Assembly: GCF_001194135.2 (NCBI RefSeq)
Contig: NC_068994.1
Coordinates: forward strand, 4,149,519 to 4,213,518
Reading direction: 5' to 3'
Source: Octopus bimaculoides
Taxonomy: Eukaryota
DNA length: 64,000 nt
The number at the start of each line of letters is the position of its first letter. The stretch's first letter is position 1. The notes below the pieces were generated by a model. The model worked only from the letters and a program-made list of their open reading frames with translations. It made no database searches and had not been told where the DNA came from. Positions 25,437 to 37,763 of this stretch are shown in pieces. The translations under genes were made by a program, and so were the position numbers.

Positions 25437-25752
25437 AGGTACAGTTCATTTTTGCCAGCTGAGTGGACAGGAGCAACATGAAATGAAGTGTCTTGCTCAA
25501 GGACCCAACACACAACTAAGTATTGAACTGACTTCCTTACAATTGTGGACTGAGCACTTCTAACCACTAAGCCAATGTCTTGGCTTCTCATTTCGACTTG
25601 GTTTCAATTGTCATTAAGCAAATGGTTCTCATTTCCCTGAATGTGAGAACAATTTCAAAAGATCATCTGGTACAATATTTAATACACTTATATCTCTCAC
25701 TTTTGTTTTTGTCTGCCTATCTACCTATCTGTTTTTCTAGCTCTCCATCCAC

Positions 25753-25785
<33 letters not shown>

Positions 25786-25818
25786 CATCCATCCTTCTAT
25801 CTATCTATCTATCTATCT

Positions 25819-25855
<37 letters not shown>

Positions 25856-26840
25856 CGCATACATATATTTGTCTGTCAGTCTGGCTGTCTGTCTGTGGAT
25901 CTATGTATGTATGTGTGTGTGTGTGGTACCAAGGAGTGTTGTGTGGTATGTATGATGTTTGATGTCATGTTTAAATATATGAGCAGTGACGTATGTATAC
26001 ACATACATACATATATGTGTGTGTGTGAATGATGTATACACACACACACACATATATATACATACACCTTCCAACACACACACGTTTGACAGGGTGGGGA
26101 GCAGCCTGTGTGTATGTGAGAGAGAGGATTTATATGTGTGCCTCCCCACCACCGCATGGTATAATGATATTAGGTACAAAGACACATCTACCCATCTATT
26201 TACATACCCACCCTTAACTTACCTTTCCACCTTACCTGCCAGCCTACCCCCTTATCTTTTCACATATCTACCTAAATATCCACCTCGCTGCTTACCCACC
26301 AATCAAGCCCTCCACCCAGCCTTGTACAGACATTCCTATTGTCCAAACTTGTTTTACCCACCCGACCTACCTGCCTATGTAATTACCCACCCCATCATAC
26401 TATGGACCAGTCTATCGAGGGGTAAATATCGACCCGAAGCTATCTGTTTACCCTCCTCATCTACCCATTTATTTAGTTACTCCCCCACACACCCACATAC
26501 ACATCTACCCATCTAGTCAGCTGAGATGCGGTAGGAGGGTTTGCTTTTTTTTTCGGGTTGCGGGGACAGTGACAAGGCCACTACACATCCTCCTCAAAAT
26601 CATATCTGTCACACATACATACATTTAGACACATATACGCTAATACACACATGCACAGATACACACACACACATAACATACAAACATGTGCATATATGTG
26701 GGTGTAGGTGAATTATATGTGTGTATATATATATATATATATACATATACACAAGTATACACCCTGCCACTTATATATGTACACACACAGTATATAAATA
26801 TATATATATATATACACAAACATATATACATATACACACA

Positions 26841-26880
<40 letters not shown>

Positions 26881-28922
26881 CATATATATATATGTACACA
26901 CATATGTGTGTAGTGTGTATACATACATACATATATATGTGTGTGTGGTGTGTATACATATATATATATATATAAAAGTATATATATATATATATATATA
27001 TATATACTTTTATATATATATAAAAGTATANNNNNNNNNNNNNNNNNNNNNNNNNNNNNNNNNNNNNNNNNNNNNNNNNNNNNNNNNNNNNNNNNNNNNN
27101 NNNNNNNNNNNNNNNNNNNNNNNNNNNNNNNNNNNNNNNNNNNNNNNNNNNNNNNNNNNNNNNNNNNNNNNNNNNNNNNNNNNNNNNNNNNNNNNNNNNN
27201 NNNNNNNNNNNNNNNNNNNNNNNNNNNNNNNNNNNNNNNNNNNNNNNNNNNNNNNNNNNNNNNNNNNNNNNNNNNNNNNNNNNNNNNNNNNNNNNNNNNN
27301 NNNNNNNNNNNNNNNNNNNNNNNNNNNNNNNNNNNNNNNNNNNNNNNNNNNNNNNNNNNNNNNNNNNNNNNNNNNNNNNNNNNNNNNNNNNNNNNNNNNN
27401 NNNNNNNNNNNNNNNNNNNNNNNNNNNNNNNNNNNNNNNNNNNNNNNNNNNNNNNNNNNNNNNNNNNNNNNNNNNNNNNNNNNNNNNNNNNNNNNNNNNN
27501 NNNNNNNNNNNNNNNNNNNNNNNNNNNNNNNNNNNNNNNNNNNNNNNNNNNNNNNNNNNNNNNNNNAACTCCCAACTAGACTACCTACCTAGCAACCCAT
27601 TGGCTAAAGTGACAAGGCATCAAGAGGCGGGCCCCCCCCACTCCTCCTCCGCCTCCCCGCTTACTCACCTCCGACTACATCACATGTCAATGGGGGAGTG
27701 GAGGGTGGTGGCGGTGGAGTTGGAAGACTCTGAGGAGAGATGAGAGAGTGAGAGAAGAGAGAGAGAGAGTTAGAGACATTAATGTTTCTGTTGGTGATAG
27801 ACTTTGGACAGGCCTGTATAACCACACATACACACACACACGCGCGTACACTAGAAGACTGTTCATAAATTAACTACACATGCTTGTGTGATGTGTGTGT
27901 GTATGTATGTGTGGTTGTGTGTGTGTATGTATGTGTGGTTGTGTGTGTGTGTTTAAGATCGGTATTATGAGACAGTTACACGTGTATGGTCACATATAGT
28001 GTTATACAACATGCTTTCATGCATATACATACACACATGCTTCTATATTACCCGCATATACAGAATTACATACACACACACGAATTTATGTGCGTGTTTA
28101 TCTGTCTTTGTCTCTCTCTCACTCTCTCCCTATATATAGGCGCAGGCGTGGCTCTGGTAAGAAGCTTTCTTTCCAACCACATGGTTCCGGGTTCAGTCCC
28201 ACCTTGGGCAAGTGTCTTCTACTATAGCCTCGGGCCGGCCAAAGCTTTGTGAATGGGTTTGGTAGACGGATATTGAAAGGAGCCCATCATCTGTGTGTGT
28301 GTGTTTACCCCCTCCCCATCGCCTGACAACCGATGTTGGTGTGTTTACGTCCCTGTAACTTAGCGGTTTGGCAAGGCTTACAAAGAATAAGTCCTGGAGT
28401 CGATTTGTTCGACTAAAGGCGGTGCTCCAGCATGGCCACAGTCAAATGACTGAAACAAGTCAAAGAATATATATGTAAGTGTGTTTCTGTTTAGATTTCG
28501 TTTCAGTCATTTGACTGCGGCCATGCTGGAGCACCGCCTTTGGTCGAGCAAATCGACCCCAGGACCTATTCTTTGTAAGCCTAGTACTTATTCTATCGGG
28601 CTCTCTTGCCGAACCGCTAAGTGACGGGGACGTAAACACACCAGCATCGGTTGTCAAGCGATGTTGGGAGGACAAACAGACACACAAACATATACATATA
28701 CATACATACATACATATATATATATACATACATATATATATATATATATGTGTATAGATAGATAGATAGATAGATAGATAGATGCCCAGACATACATACG
28801 TACATTCATGCATACACGTTTGTATACATTCATATATGCATAATGTGAACAGAATGAACATTAAAAAGAAAACAAATTTTGTTGAAAACGTTGTTAGCTC
28901 AACGTTCTAATGAAAGAGAAAG

Positions 28923-28960
28923 CACCATAACGTTTCAGAAGTCAGTCTTTCGTCATTAGA
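28923..28960 (-). ncRNA. Degenerate hammerhead-like motif (Penelope-type)
   Basis: Reverse complement ATGACGA-A-AGA-ctgact-TCT-GAAA-CG-TT. Palindromic AACGTT stem III is intact, C3 is A and stem I is not evident. Confidence 0.35.
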
Positions 28961-29266
28961 AGGAAAAGAAAGGGCATATGAAATTGAGAAATAGAAATTG
29001 TAAAAAGAAAATGGATGAAGGGTTAAAAACTGCATGGGAATGCTGTTCTGTGGGTGTAGGGGGAAGAGAGAATTAAGACGGAAGGAAGTAAGGGGTGGGG
29101 TATACAGACGTAAATTAATACGAATATATCTATGTCCGGGAGTGGAAACAAGGGGGGTGTATGTGTTGGCGTGCTACAATTTTGTGTATAGAGGTGTGTG
29201 GGGGAGTGTAGTGTTTTGGTTAATTGGAGGGGTGTGTACATGTAATCATTGAGAGTGTGGTGTGGA

Positions 29267-29301
<35 letters not shown>

Positions 29302-29709
29302 TGGTCATGGTTACGGTGTGAGTATTTATGTGTATATGTATGTGCGTGTATGTATGTGTATGTGTGTGTGATTGTGTACATGTCTGTTTGTCTATCTATA
29401 TGTATGTGAGAGAGTGTAATCCTGCATGTGTGTGTGTGTGTATGAGAGTGTGTGTTTATGTGAGCGCGTCTCTGTGTACATGTATATTAGTATGTGTACG
29501 TATGTATGCATGTACGTGCCGGTATGTATGTGTGCGTGCGTATATGTATGCATGTCTGTATGTGTATATGCGTCTGTATGTATGTGTGTATGTATGCATG
29601 GAAAATTGTGTATGTGTGTTTGTATGTGTGCATATAGGTCTGTTAATAAAAAATCTCGTCTAACCCATGCTGACAAATGTTAAAATTACAGTGTGTGTGT
29701 ATTTTTGTT

Positions 29710-29940
29710 GAAGGCGCGTGGCCTGAGTTTCGATACCTGACAACGCGTTGTGTCCTTGAGCAAGACGCTTTATTTCACGTTGCTCCCGTCCACTCAGCTG
29801 GCAAAGATCTCCATGAGAACTACATGAAGGCTATGCATGTCTATAGAGTGCCTAGCCACTTGCACATTAATTTCACGAGCAGGCTTACCTTTGATCGAAT
29901 CAACTGGAAGCCCCATCGCCGAAACCGACGGAGGACCAAT
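29710..29940 (+). mobile_element. tRNA-derived SINE family C, internally deleted
   Basis: Head aggcgcgtggcct..., gtgtccttgagcaagacgctttatttcacgttgctcc.gtccactcagctggc, tail aatttcacgagcaggc...gatcgaatcaactgga. Confidence 0.8.
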
Positions 29941-30042
29941 GTGTTTTTAAGCGTGTATGTGTATGTGTTTTTGAGTGTCTCCGTGTTTTTTTTTTTTAGT
30001 GTGTATATGTGAATGTTTGAATAAGCAATCTATCCTTTTAAC

Positions 30043-32285
30043 CAGTGGTGACAATATTGTGGCGCATGCGCCAAAATTGGTGCACGGGAAGTTTAGAAGT
30101 AGAAAGTGGTGCATTGTACACCTGTCGATAATTGTTCGAAACACTTTAGATGTTTGTTTGATTTTGAGGCATCAACCAACGCCGGCCCACGGCAGGTTTT
30201 TGCCAGTCAGTTTACAATTGACAATCTGTAGGCTGTGCACTTGTGTGCACGCTCACCTTTTACAACGAACGCCCAAGCTTTGCATAGAGATACAAAATTT
30301 ACACATCCACAAGAAAAATTAGAAGAAACATTGCTAGTTACTCTACAAAGGTTGTGCTTTGTTTCGTATAAACAAGGCACGGCTTCGAAAAACGCGCAAA
30401 TCGCAAAAGTTAATGGATTGTACGTTTTACGAAAATGAATCCTTGGTTTTATTTTTCAGTGCAAAAGAAAAGCAGAAATTGATAGCTAACGTGAATTTAA
30501 TAAACTATGGGAAATGGGGCTCTTGTTTATAGCTGGTCCTTAAATAAGGCCGTTGTGAATCGTTTGTGAAAATAGGTTGCCATTCCAAGATGCAGACGAT
30601 CTTGACAGACACTACATAATGTAAAATCAAAATAAAACAGAAGGAAAACTGAAACTAGCATTTGGGTCTGGGTTACGGAAAGAATTAAGAAAATGGAAGA
30701 AAATCAATAGACAAAATAGATCGAAAGAAGTTGTGGAAGTTTGGCAATGAAAGAAGAATCCTGTGAAATTGCTTTAGCGTTGGCCGACAAACAAAAGTTG
30801 TTCTTTGATGGAGAAGAAATTGTTAGGTCTTGTCTTTAAATATTTGCAGGATATCTTGGTGATAAAAATATCGAAAGAAAGGTAGACGAAATTATTCCGT
30901 CAAAGCCAAAATTTATAAGACGCACTGAAATACTCTCTTGTGTGTCTGAGTAACTGAAAAACCTTTTCCATATTTATATTTTTTGTCTTTTTGTCTTTAG
31001 TTTTGGATGAATCTGTTGGTGTGTGTGTGGGGGGGGATATGGCTGAGTTTAACATTTTTATAGTGGGAATTGATGTCAATTTTAACGTCTTTGAAGAACT
31101 TATAGATCTTGAGTCGCTTCAAAGGAAGAAGAAAAGAAAAAAGAAAAAACAGGAAGAAAAAAAAAACAAGAGGATCGAATATATTTGACGAAGTAAAGTC
31201 ATGCTTGGAAAAATCTATTGATATAAATTTCAGTAAAATTGTCAGTGTTTTCTCTGGCAGACACCGTCGGTGATAAGTAAAACTGTTGGGACTGCAACTT
31301 TATCTTCCGGTAAAAGATCACCGCATTAACATTATAATATCAAGAGTCGGGTGGTGCAAAAACCTTAAACTTGCAGCATGTGGTACAAATAGTTGTGAAA
31401 TACTTGAATAAAAATCAAAGGAGAATTCAGTTGATGCTGCTGGATGTTAGAGATTAGCAATATGGTGATCTTGCCCACCATTGTGAGCTGTGCTGGCTTT
31501 CCAGACGTCAGACTCTGAGTACGTTTTGAAAGAATGCTATTCGTAATTGTCAGCGAGAGTAAAATGAGTTTTTAAAAAAAATGAATATTTTTATGAGATA
31601 AAAATGGATTGTCTGATTCATCCACGTAAACGTGGGGGGAAAACTGGCTTCAACTGCATGAAAGTAGATAGATATTAACGTTTTACCTACAAAATCTAAA
31701 AGGCAGGCGTCACGAAGAGATTTCTAGCATATGAACGATACCTTGCTTTACAAATCAAGTTAGACTCGATAAAAAAGAAAAAAAGAACATTGTTTTCTAG
31801 CTTAGTAAATGACATCAATGGAGAAGCAGCTAAAATTTCCTGCACATAACATTCAGACGTTGCTGAAACTAGATTATGTCGCTTATAGCTAATTTATAAA
31901 TGTATGTTAAACATTCAAGATGAAGTTAGAACTGGTCATCGCAGTGGCAAAATGAGATTTTGAACCAGTTGTTGCACTTAAAGAGCAGAGTGAATGTTCT
32001 GAAGATAATGGTGATTTTTACAAAAAAAATGTATTTGAAAGTCTGTTTACTGATTTTGTTGAACAAGATTGAGTATTCTCATTTATAAGCTCATTTTCAT
32101 TTGGTGAAAGTAAAACATTTTCAAAATGCCTAGTAACACACAAGTGGAGCTTATCAACTCGAAAACATTTATTGAAACTAAAATTTAATAAAATCCACAA
32201 TGTTGTAAATATGAAGAAATTAATGGCGAACATTTTCCGGAAACAAGAAAATCTGCCCATAGTTACTGCTGTCGTCGCTTCGAAG
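30043..32285 (+). mobile_element. Fossil hAT (Charlie/Buster/SPIN-type) DNA transposon with a broken transposase
   Basis: Left end CAGTGGTG is Charlie-like. Frame fragments: FNKLWEMGLLFI; CEIALALADKQKLFFDGEEIVRSCL*IFAGYLGDKNIERKVDEIIPSK..IRRTEIL; IFDEVKSCLE..INFSKIVSV; KTLNLQHVVQIVVK; QYGDLAHHCELCWLSRRQTLSTF; EHFPETRKSAHSYCCR. These match GTF2IRD2/SCAND3-like transposase motifs (TDGEE..KPCL, YGDL.YH.EVRWLSRG). Right TIR not found. Confidence 0.88.
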
Positions 32286-32309
32286 TAAATATATATATAT
32301 ATACATAAG

Positions 32310-32500
32310 TGGAGGCGCATGGCTTAGTGGTTAGGGTGTTGGACTCATGATCGTAAGATTGTGGTTTTGATTCCTGTAGACCGGTGCCTCGTGTTCTTGA
32401 GCAAAACACTTCATTTCCCATTGCTCCAGTCCACTCAGCTGGCAAAAAGGAGTAGTCCTGTGATGGACCGGCGTCCCGTCCAGGTGGAGAATTTATACGC
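32310..32500 (+). mobile_element. tRNA-derived SINE family C with a V-domain-like centre
   Basis: A/B-box head ggaggcgcatggcttagtggttagggtgttggactcatgatcgtaagattgtggttttgattcc, then cctgtgatggaccggcgtcccgtccagg. Related copies at 48412-48650(+), 48775-48985(+), 54630-54840(+), 52680-52820(-), 25440-25580(-). Confidence 0.85.
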
Positions 32501-32516
32501 TGGCCCAAAGATAGAC

Positions 32517-32865
32517 GGTATTTTTTGGTTATCTCACCCCCATTAAAAAATTGGGTTATCTCTCCTAACAAAAAAAAAAAAATTTAACCCTCAATAAAAC
32601 AAAAAAAATGAAAAATTAATAAACGTAAAAAGCGAAAAGATTAAACATCTTATTGAATCTAATAACATTTTTATAATAAAATCCTACCCTGCCTATTGAG
32701 GGGGCCAAAAGTCAACAACGTGTTGAAGTATTGAATCAAAAGGATCTAAACTCTTAATTCAGTCTCTTGTCGCCATATAAACTCAATATTTTAGTGGGGA
32801 TATAACCCAATTTTTTAATGGCAATTTTTTAATGGGGGTGGGCGGTGAGATTACCAAAAAGTACC
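32517..32865. mobile_element. MITE with GGTA(C/T)TTTTTGG termini and 8-bp TSD (Merlin-like)
   Basis: Imperfect TIRs of about 50-75 bp (ggtattttttggttatctcacc..cattaaaaaattgggttat). Identical flanking AGATAGAC at 32509-32516 and 32866-32873. Confidence 0.85.
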
Positions 32866-33179
32866 AGATAGACAACCGTATAGTTGATTTAAAAGAAGAT
32901 AAAGTCTAAATATGGTTCTAGTACAACATAATTAATATATGACAAGTGTATGGTTTCATACTTTATCCCAGTATGGTGACACAACATCGTATTTACGTGC
33001 TTATAGTCATACATTTACGCTATAAAACTCACTTTAAAATATCTTTCGATAAGAACATGATGAAGCATATTAAATTTGCTTGTTTTCTATAAAATGTATT
33101 CGTAAAATAAGATCCAATTAATCTAATTAATATATCAACGACAATTTCTTAAATTATTCATACAATTATAAAAGATTTG

Positions 33180-33434
33180 GGTACTACTAAAGCAGCACGG
33201 ACCCGAACGCGCAGTCGCGCGTCCGCGCTAGCTAGTCTTGAGTGGTCGATCCTATCCCTAACCCTAACCCTGTCCCTAACCCTAACCCTATCCCTAACCC
33301 TAACGCTATCACTAACCCGCGTGTGCAAATGAATACGTGTTTAGGGTTAGGGTTAGGGTTAGGATCGACCACTCACGACTAGCTAGCGCGGACGCGCGAC
33401 TGCGCGTTCGGGACCGTGCTGCTTTAGTAGTACC
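33180..33434. mobile_element. 255-bp palindromic MITE with GGTAC termini, 8-bp TSD and internal inverted telomeric repeats (Merlin-like)
   Basis: Arms of about 92 bp with 3 mismatches. AAGATTTG at 33172-33179 and 33435-33442. (CCCTAA)n-like run 33256-33318 and (TTAGGG)n run 33341-33363. Confidence 0.93.
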
Positions 33435-34097
33435 AAGATTTGTTTTAAACGCAAAACATGAAATTAATAAACATAAATATAATTACTAAATTTTATAATA
33501 AAAACCAAATGCAAACTACCGTTTACTAAAAAAAATCAGACTGTTACAAATAAGTTCACGATATCAATATGTATTTATCATAAATGTTTATNNNNNNNNN
33601 NNNNNNNNNNNNNNNNNNNNNNNNNNNNNNNNNNNNNNNNNNNNNNNNNNNNNNNNNNNNNNNNNNNNNNNNNNNNNNNNNATATATATATATATATATA
33701 TACACATACGTATATACAAATATATTTATAACCCGTGTCAACTCATGCAACTGTTAATTTCGAAAAAACCCAAATTGTTTCTGTATCAAAGTGCGGTATA
33801 CTCTGAACGTAGAGTTAAATTGTATACTTTTGTATTTTAATATATATTATATGACAATGGTCAAGATTTCACCTTCTATAATCCTCAACTAAAGTTTGTT
33901 TTTTCCCAAATCGTCTTTTTAATTGAAGATTACAATCCATGTGACTTTGATCTGTGTCTGACGATAGTAGCTATCGTCACAAAATACTTTGGCTGTTCTT
34001 GAAGCAATGTTATCATCGATTGACAGGGGATTACATAACAGTCAAAAGTATATAATTTACCTTTATTGTTGTATCTTCAGAGGGTCATTATGCAAAT

Positions 34098-34372
34098 GTG
34101 GAGGCGCAATGGCCCGGTGGTTAGGGCAGCAAACTCGCGGTCATAGGATCGCGGTTTCAATTCCCAGACCGGGCGTTGTGAGTGAAAACACCTAAATCTC
34201 CACGAGGCTCCGGCAGGGGATGGTGGCGAACCCTGCTGTATTCTTCCACCACGACTTTCTCTCACTCTTTCTTCCTGTCTCTGTTGTGCCTGTAATTCAA
34301 AGGGTCAGCCTTGTCACACTGTGTCACGCTGAACATCCCCGAGAACTGCGTTAAGGGTACGCGTGTCTGTGG
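34098..34372 (+). mobile_element. tRNA-derived SINE (family C variant head), truncated by a gap
   Basis: gtggaggcgcaatggcccggtggttagggcagc...cgcggtttcaattccc (A/B boxes); body aaagggtcagccttgtcacactgtgtcacgctgaacatccccgagaac. Confidence 0.85.
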
Positions 34373-34958
34373 NNNNNNNNNNNNNNNNNNNNNNNNNNNN
34401 NNNNNNNNNNNNNNNNNNNNNNNNNNNNNNNNNNNNNNNNNNNNNNNNNNNNNNNNNNNNNNNNNNNNNNNNNNNNNNNNNNNNNNNNNNNNNNNNNNNN
34501 NNNNNNNNNNNNNNNNNNNNNNNNNNNNNNNNNNNNNNNNNNNNNNNNNNNNNNNNNNNNNNNNNNNNNNNNNNNNNNNNNNNNNNNNNNNNNNNNNNNN
34601 NNNNNNNNNNNNNNNNNNNNNNNNNNNNNNNNNNNNNNNNNNNNNNNNNNNNNNNNNNNNNNNNNNNNNNNNNNNNNNNNNNNNNNNNNNNNNNNNNNNN
34701 NNNNNNNNNNNNNNNNNNNNNNNNNNNNNNNNNNNNNNNNNNNNNNNNNNNNNNNNNNNNNNNNNNNNNNNNNNNNNNNNNNNNNNNNNNNNNNNNNNNN
34801 NNNNNNNNNNNNNNNNNNNNNNNNNNNNNNNNNNNNNNNNNNNNNNNNNNNNNNNNNNNNNNNNNNNNNNNNNNNNNNNNNNNNNNNNNNNNNNNNNNNN
34901 NNNNNNNNNNNNNNNNNNNNNNNNNNNNNNNNNNNNNNNNNNNNNNNNNNNNNNNNNN

Positions 34959-34993
<35 letters not shown>

Positions 34994-35002
34994 AATATAA
35001 AT

Positions 35003-35041
<39 letters not shown>

Positions 35042-37295
35042 CATATATATATACACACACATATTTATATATGTGTATATATATATACGTATACACATAC
35101 ATTTATACACACTTACACACACATGTATAATTCATATAATACATACGTATATATATGTACAAGACGTATATACATATATATGTATGTACCTATATAATGT
35201 ATATATATATATGTGTGTGTGTGAGAGAGAGAGAGAGAGAGTGAGAAAGACAGACAGAGAAAGAAAGAGAGAGGAAGAAAGAGAGAGAAAGAAAGCGGGT
35301 GGGAGATTAGATAGATGTCAAGATAGATGCAATAGACATCTTCAGACGTACATCTGTATAGACATAGATACATACATACCTAGATACATATATAACAGAC
35401 AGAGAAAGAGAAGAAGAAAAAGGAGAAAACTGATACATTGAAATATTGTCTGAATTACAGGAAATGGATTGTATCCCAGTTTACCAAAAAGAAAAAAATA
35501 AATATCAATCTATTTGTCTTTTTAAGTTTTGCGGTGTGTTAACTTGCTTTTTTTCTTCGCTGGTGACAGAACTTTTAACATGTGCACAAGAGTGTGTCAA
35601 TGTATATATATATATATATATANNNNNNNNNNNNNNNNNNNNNNNNNNNNNNNNNNNNNNNNNNNNNNNNNNNNNNNNNNNNNNNNNNNNNNNNNNNNTA
35701 TACTTTATTTAAAAGCACACATTCCCATTCATCGGACAGTTTGTTATATATATACACATATATACATTCTTTTATTTGTTTCAGTCAGATGAGTGCGGCC
35801 AAGCAGGAGCACCGCCTTTGGTCGAACAAATCAACCCCAGGACTTATTCTTTGTAAGCCGAGTGTTTCTTCTATCGGAACTCATTTGCCGAACTGCTAAG
35901 TTACAGGGACGTAAACACACCAACATCGGTTGTCAAGCGATGGTGAGGGTACAAACACAGACGCACACATAAACACACACATATGACAGGCTTCTTTCAG
36001 TTTCCGCTTACCAAACCTACTCAGAAGGCTTTGGTCGGTCCGAGGCTATAGTAGAAAGCACTTGCCCAAGGAGCTACGCAGTGGGATTGAACCCAGAACC
36101 ATGTGGTTGGTAAGCAAGCTGCTTATCACTGTAAGGGGGTGATAGTAATAGTATGAGCTGTAGTTGTGATAGGGGTGGAGGCGACGGTGGTAGTTGTCGT
36201 AGCCGAGGCGGTCAGAGATGACGGCGAGAGTAAGTGATGTGAGAGACAGTGGTGATGGTGGTGGAGGGGAAGGCGGCGAAGTCAAAGGTATTGATGGTGG
36301 CGGCGTCAAAAGTCTGAATGGTGTGTGTATGGCAGATGTGGTGGTGATGGTGGTGGTATTGTTGTTTATCATGCAGCTTTGCAATAAGTTCCAAGTCGAC
36401 AAATTATATCATTGTTTTTGATGAAAATTATTCATTGCTTGAAAAATATTGTTCAAGTTTAATAAAATTTAATATGTACTCAATGCATGAAGTGTCACTG
36501 TTGGGCCCAAGACCTAATGAAGAGTCCTCCACATATACATACGATCTGACATTGTTTCCCTCACCACTGACCAATACACATAAACAAACATAAAATTAAA
36601 ATCTAGACGATCGGAGCCGATCCGTCCTCTATTGCTAGAAGTGTTAGATAATTGGGTCACTTATGTCATTTATCTCCTCCTCCTCCTCCTACTATAAACT
36701 CTAATAACCCCCGAATTCTTCTTTGTTCTGACCAAATACACACTATTCTGATAAATTCATTCTGTCAACTGAATGATAGCAGAATCAATGTAAATATTTT
36801 TACTCTGTGAATTTGTTAATTATGTTGAATAAGTTGAACTGTCCTTTATGTTTGGAGATAAACGAAAACGGTTTCTTTACAATGACGTAATGTTCTCATT
36901 ACTCAATTAAAGAAGCCGTCGGAAACGGCCGTAATGAATTGACACCTGTACCGCTTGGTTACTCACTTTTATTCACTTATCCTGGTATCTACGCTTCGTA
37001 AATGTTGTAGACAGTATTATTAATATGAAATACATGTCTGAATAGCTAAGAGCGGATTTCTTCACTCAGTTGGGTCTCATTCTCTGCATACACTGTCGAA
37101 TATCATGTGGCCGGCACCTATGCGCCAAGTCTGATATTCATTGAGCATTGTTGAGTATGCATGTTACTCAGACTTAACAAGGTACCACAATTTAAGTACC
37201 TAATTCAACTGAATCTTAATTGTATTTACATACATACATACATACATACACACCGCCATATTTAGTTGGCAAAACAAATTTTAACGATTTATTAA

Positions 37296-37512
37296 GGCGG
37301 CGAGCTGGCAGAAACGTTAGCACGCTGCGAAATGCTTAACGGTATTTCGTGTGTCTTTACGTTCTGAGTTCAAATTCTGTCGATGTCAACTTTGCCTTTC
37401 ATCCTTTCGGGGTCGATAAATTAAGTACCAATTGCGTACTGGGGTCGATCTAATCGACTGACTCCCTCCCCCAAAATTTCGGGCCTTGTGCCTAGAGGAG
37501 AAAAGAAAATAT
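37296..37512 (+). mobile_element. tRNA-derived SINE family B (Nin/Deu-domain-like centre), near intact
   Basis: ggcggcgagctggcagaaacgttagc...ttctgagttcaaattc...gtcaactttgcctttcatcctttcggggtcgataaattaagtacc...ggccttgtgcctag. Other copies at 3545-3710(-), 47025-47240, 47830-48012, 49205-49420, 58228-58425, 58470-58685, 58750-58895, 62148-62260, 62990-63170, 63540-63680 (all + except the first). Domain naming is from recall, not from an alignment. Confidence 0.88.
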
Positions 37513-37524
37513 ATTTTCCGATTT

Positions 37525-37563
<39 letters not shown>

Positions 37564-37763
37564 TTGCATATCTTCTGTTTCTCTCCATATACATTTTCTA
37601 TGACAGATCACAAAGTTTTTTATATTAGCAGGTGATGAGCTCCAAGGTCGCCGATACATGCGAAACTCGGAGTAGCACCCATAGCACTACGATAAATATC
37701 GTAGCTAATATTCCTGAAGTGAATTCCTCTTTCATCTTTGGCACTATGTTCTATGGCGTCCCC

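Noticed and set aside
33256-33363. Telomere or chromosome-fusion site
   Set aside because: The repeats are short and lie inside a TIR element with a perfect TSD, so they arrived by transposition.
33960-33981. 9-bp hairpin tgacgatag/ctatcgtca as a Helitron 3' end
   Set aside because: No CTRR terminus at the expected distance.
37630-37750. TGATGAG...CGAAAC hammerhead-like spacing, or a terminal exon GDELQGRRYMRNSE*
   Set aside because: Core C3 is absent and there is no stem II. The exon reading has an acceptor only and no other support.
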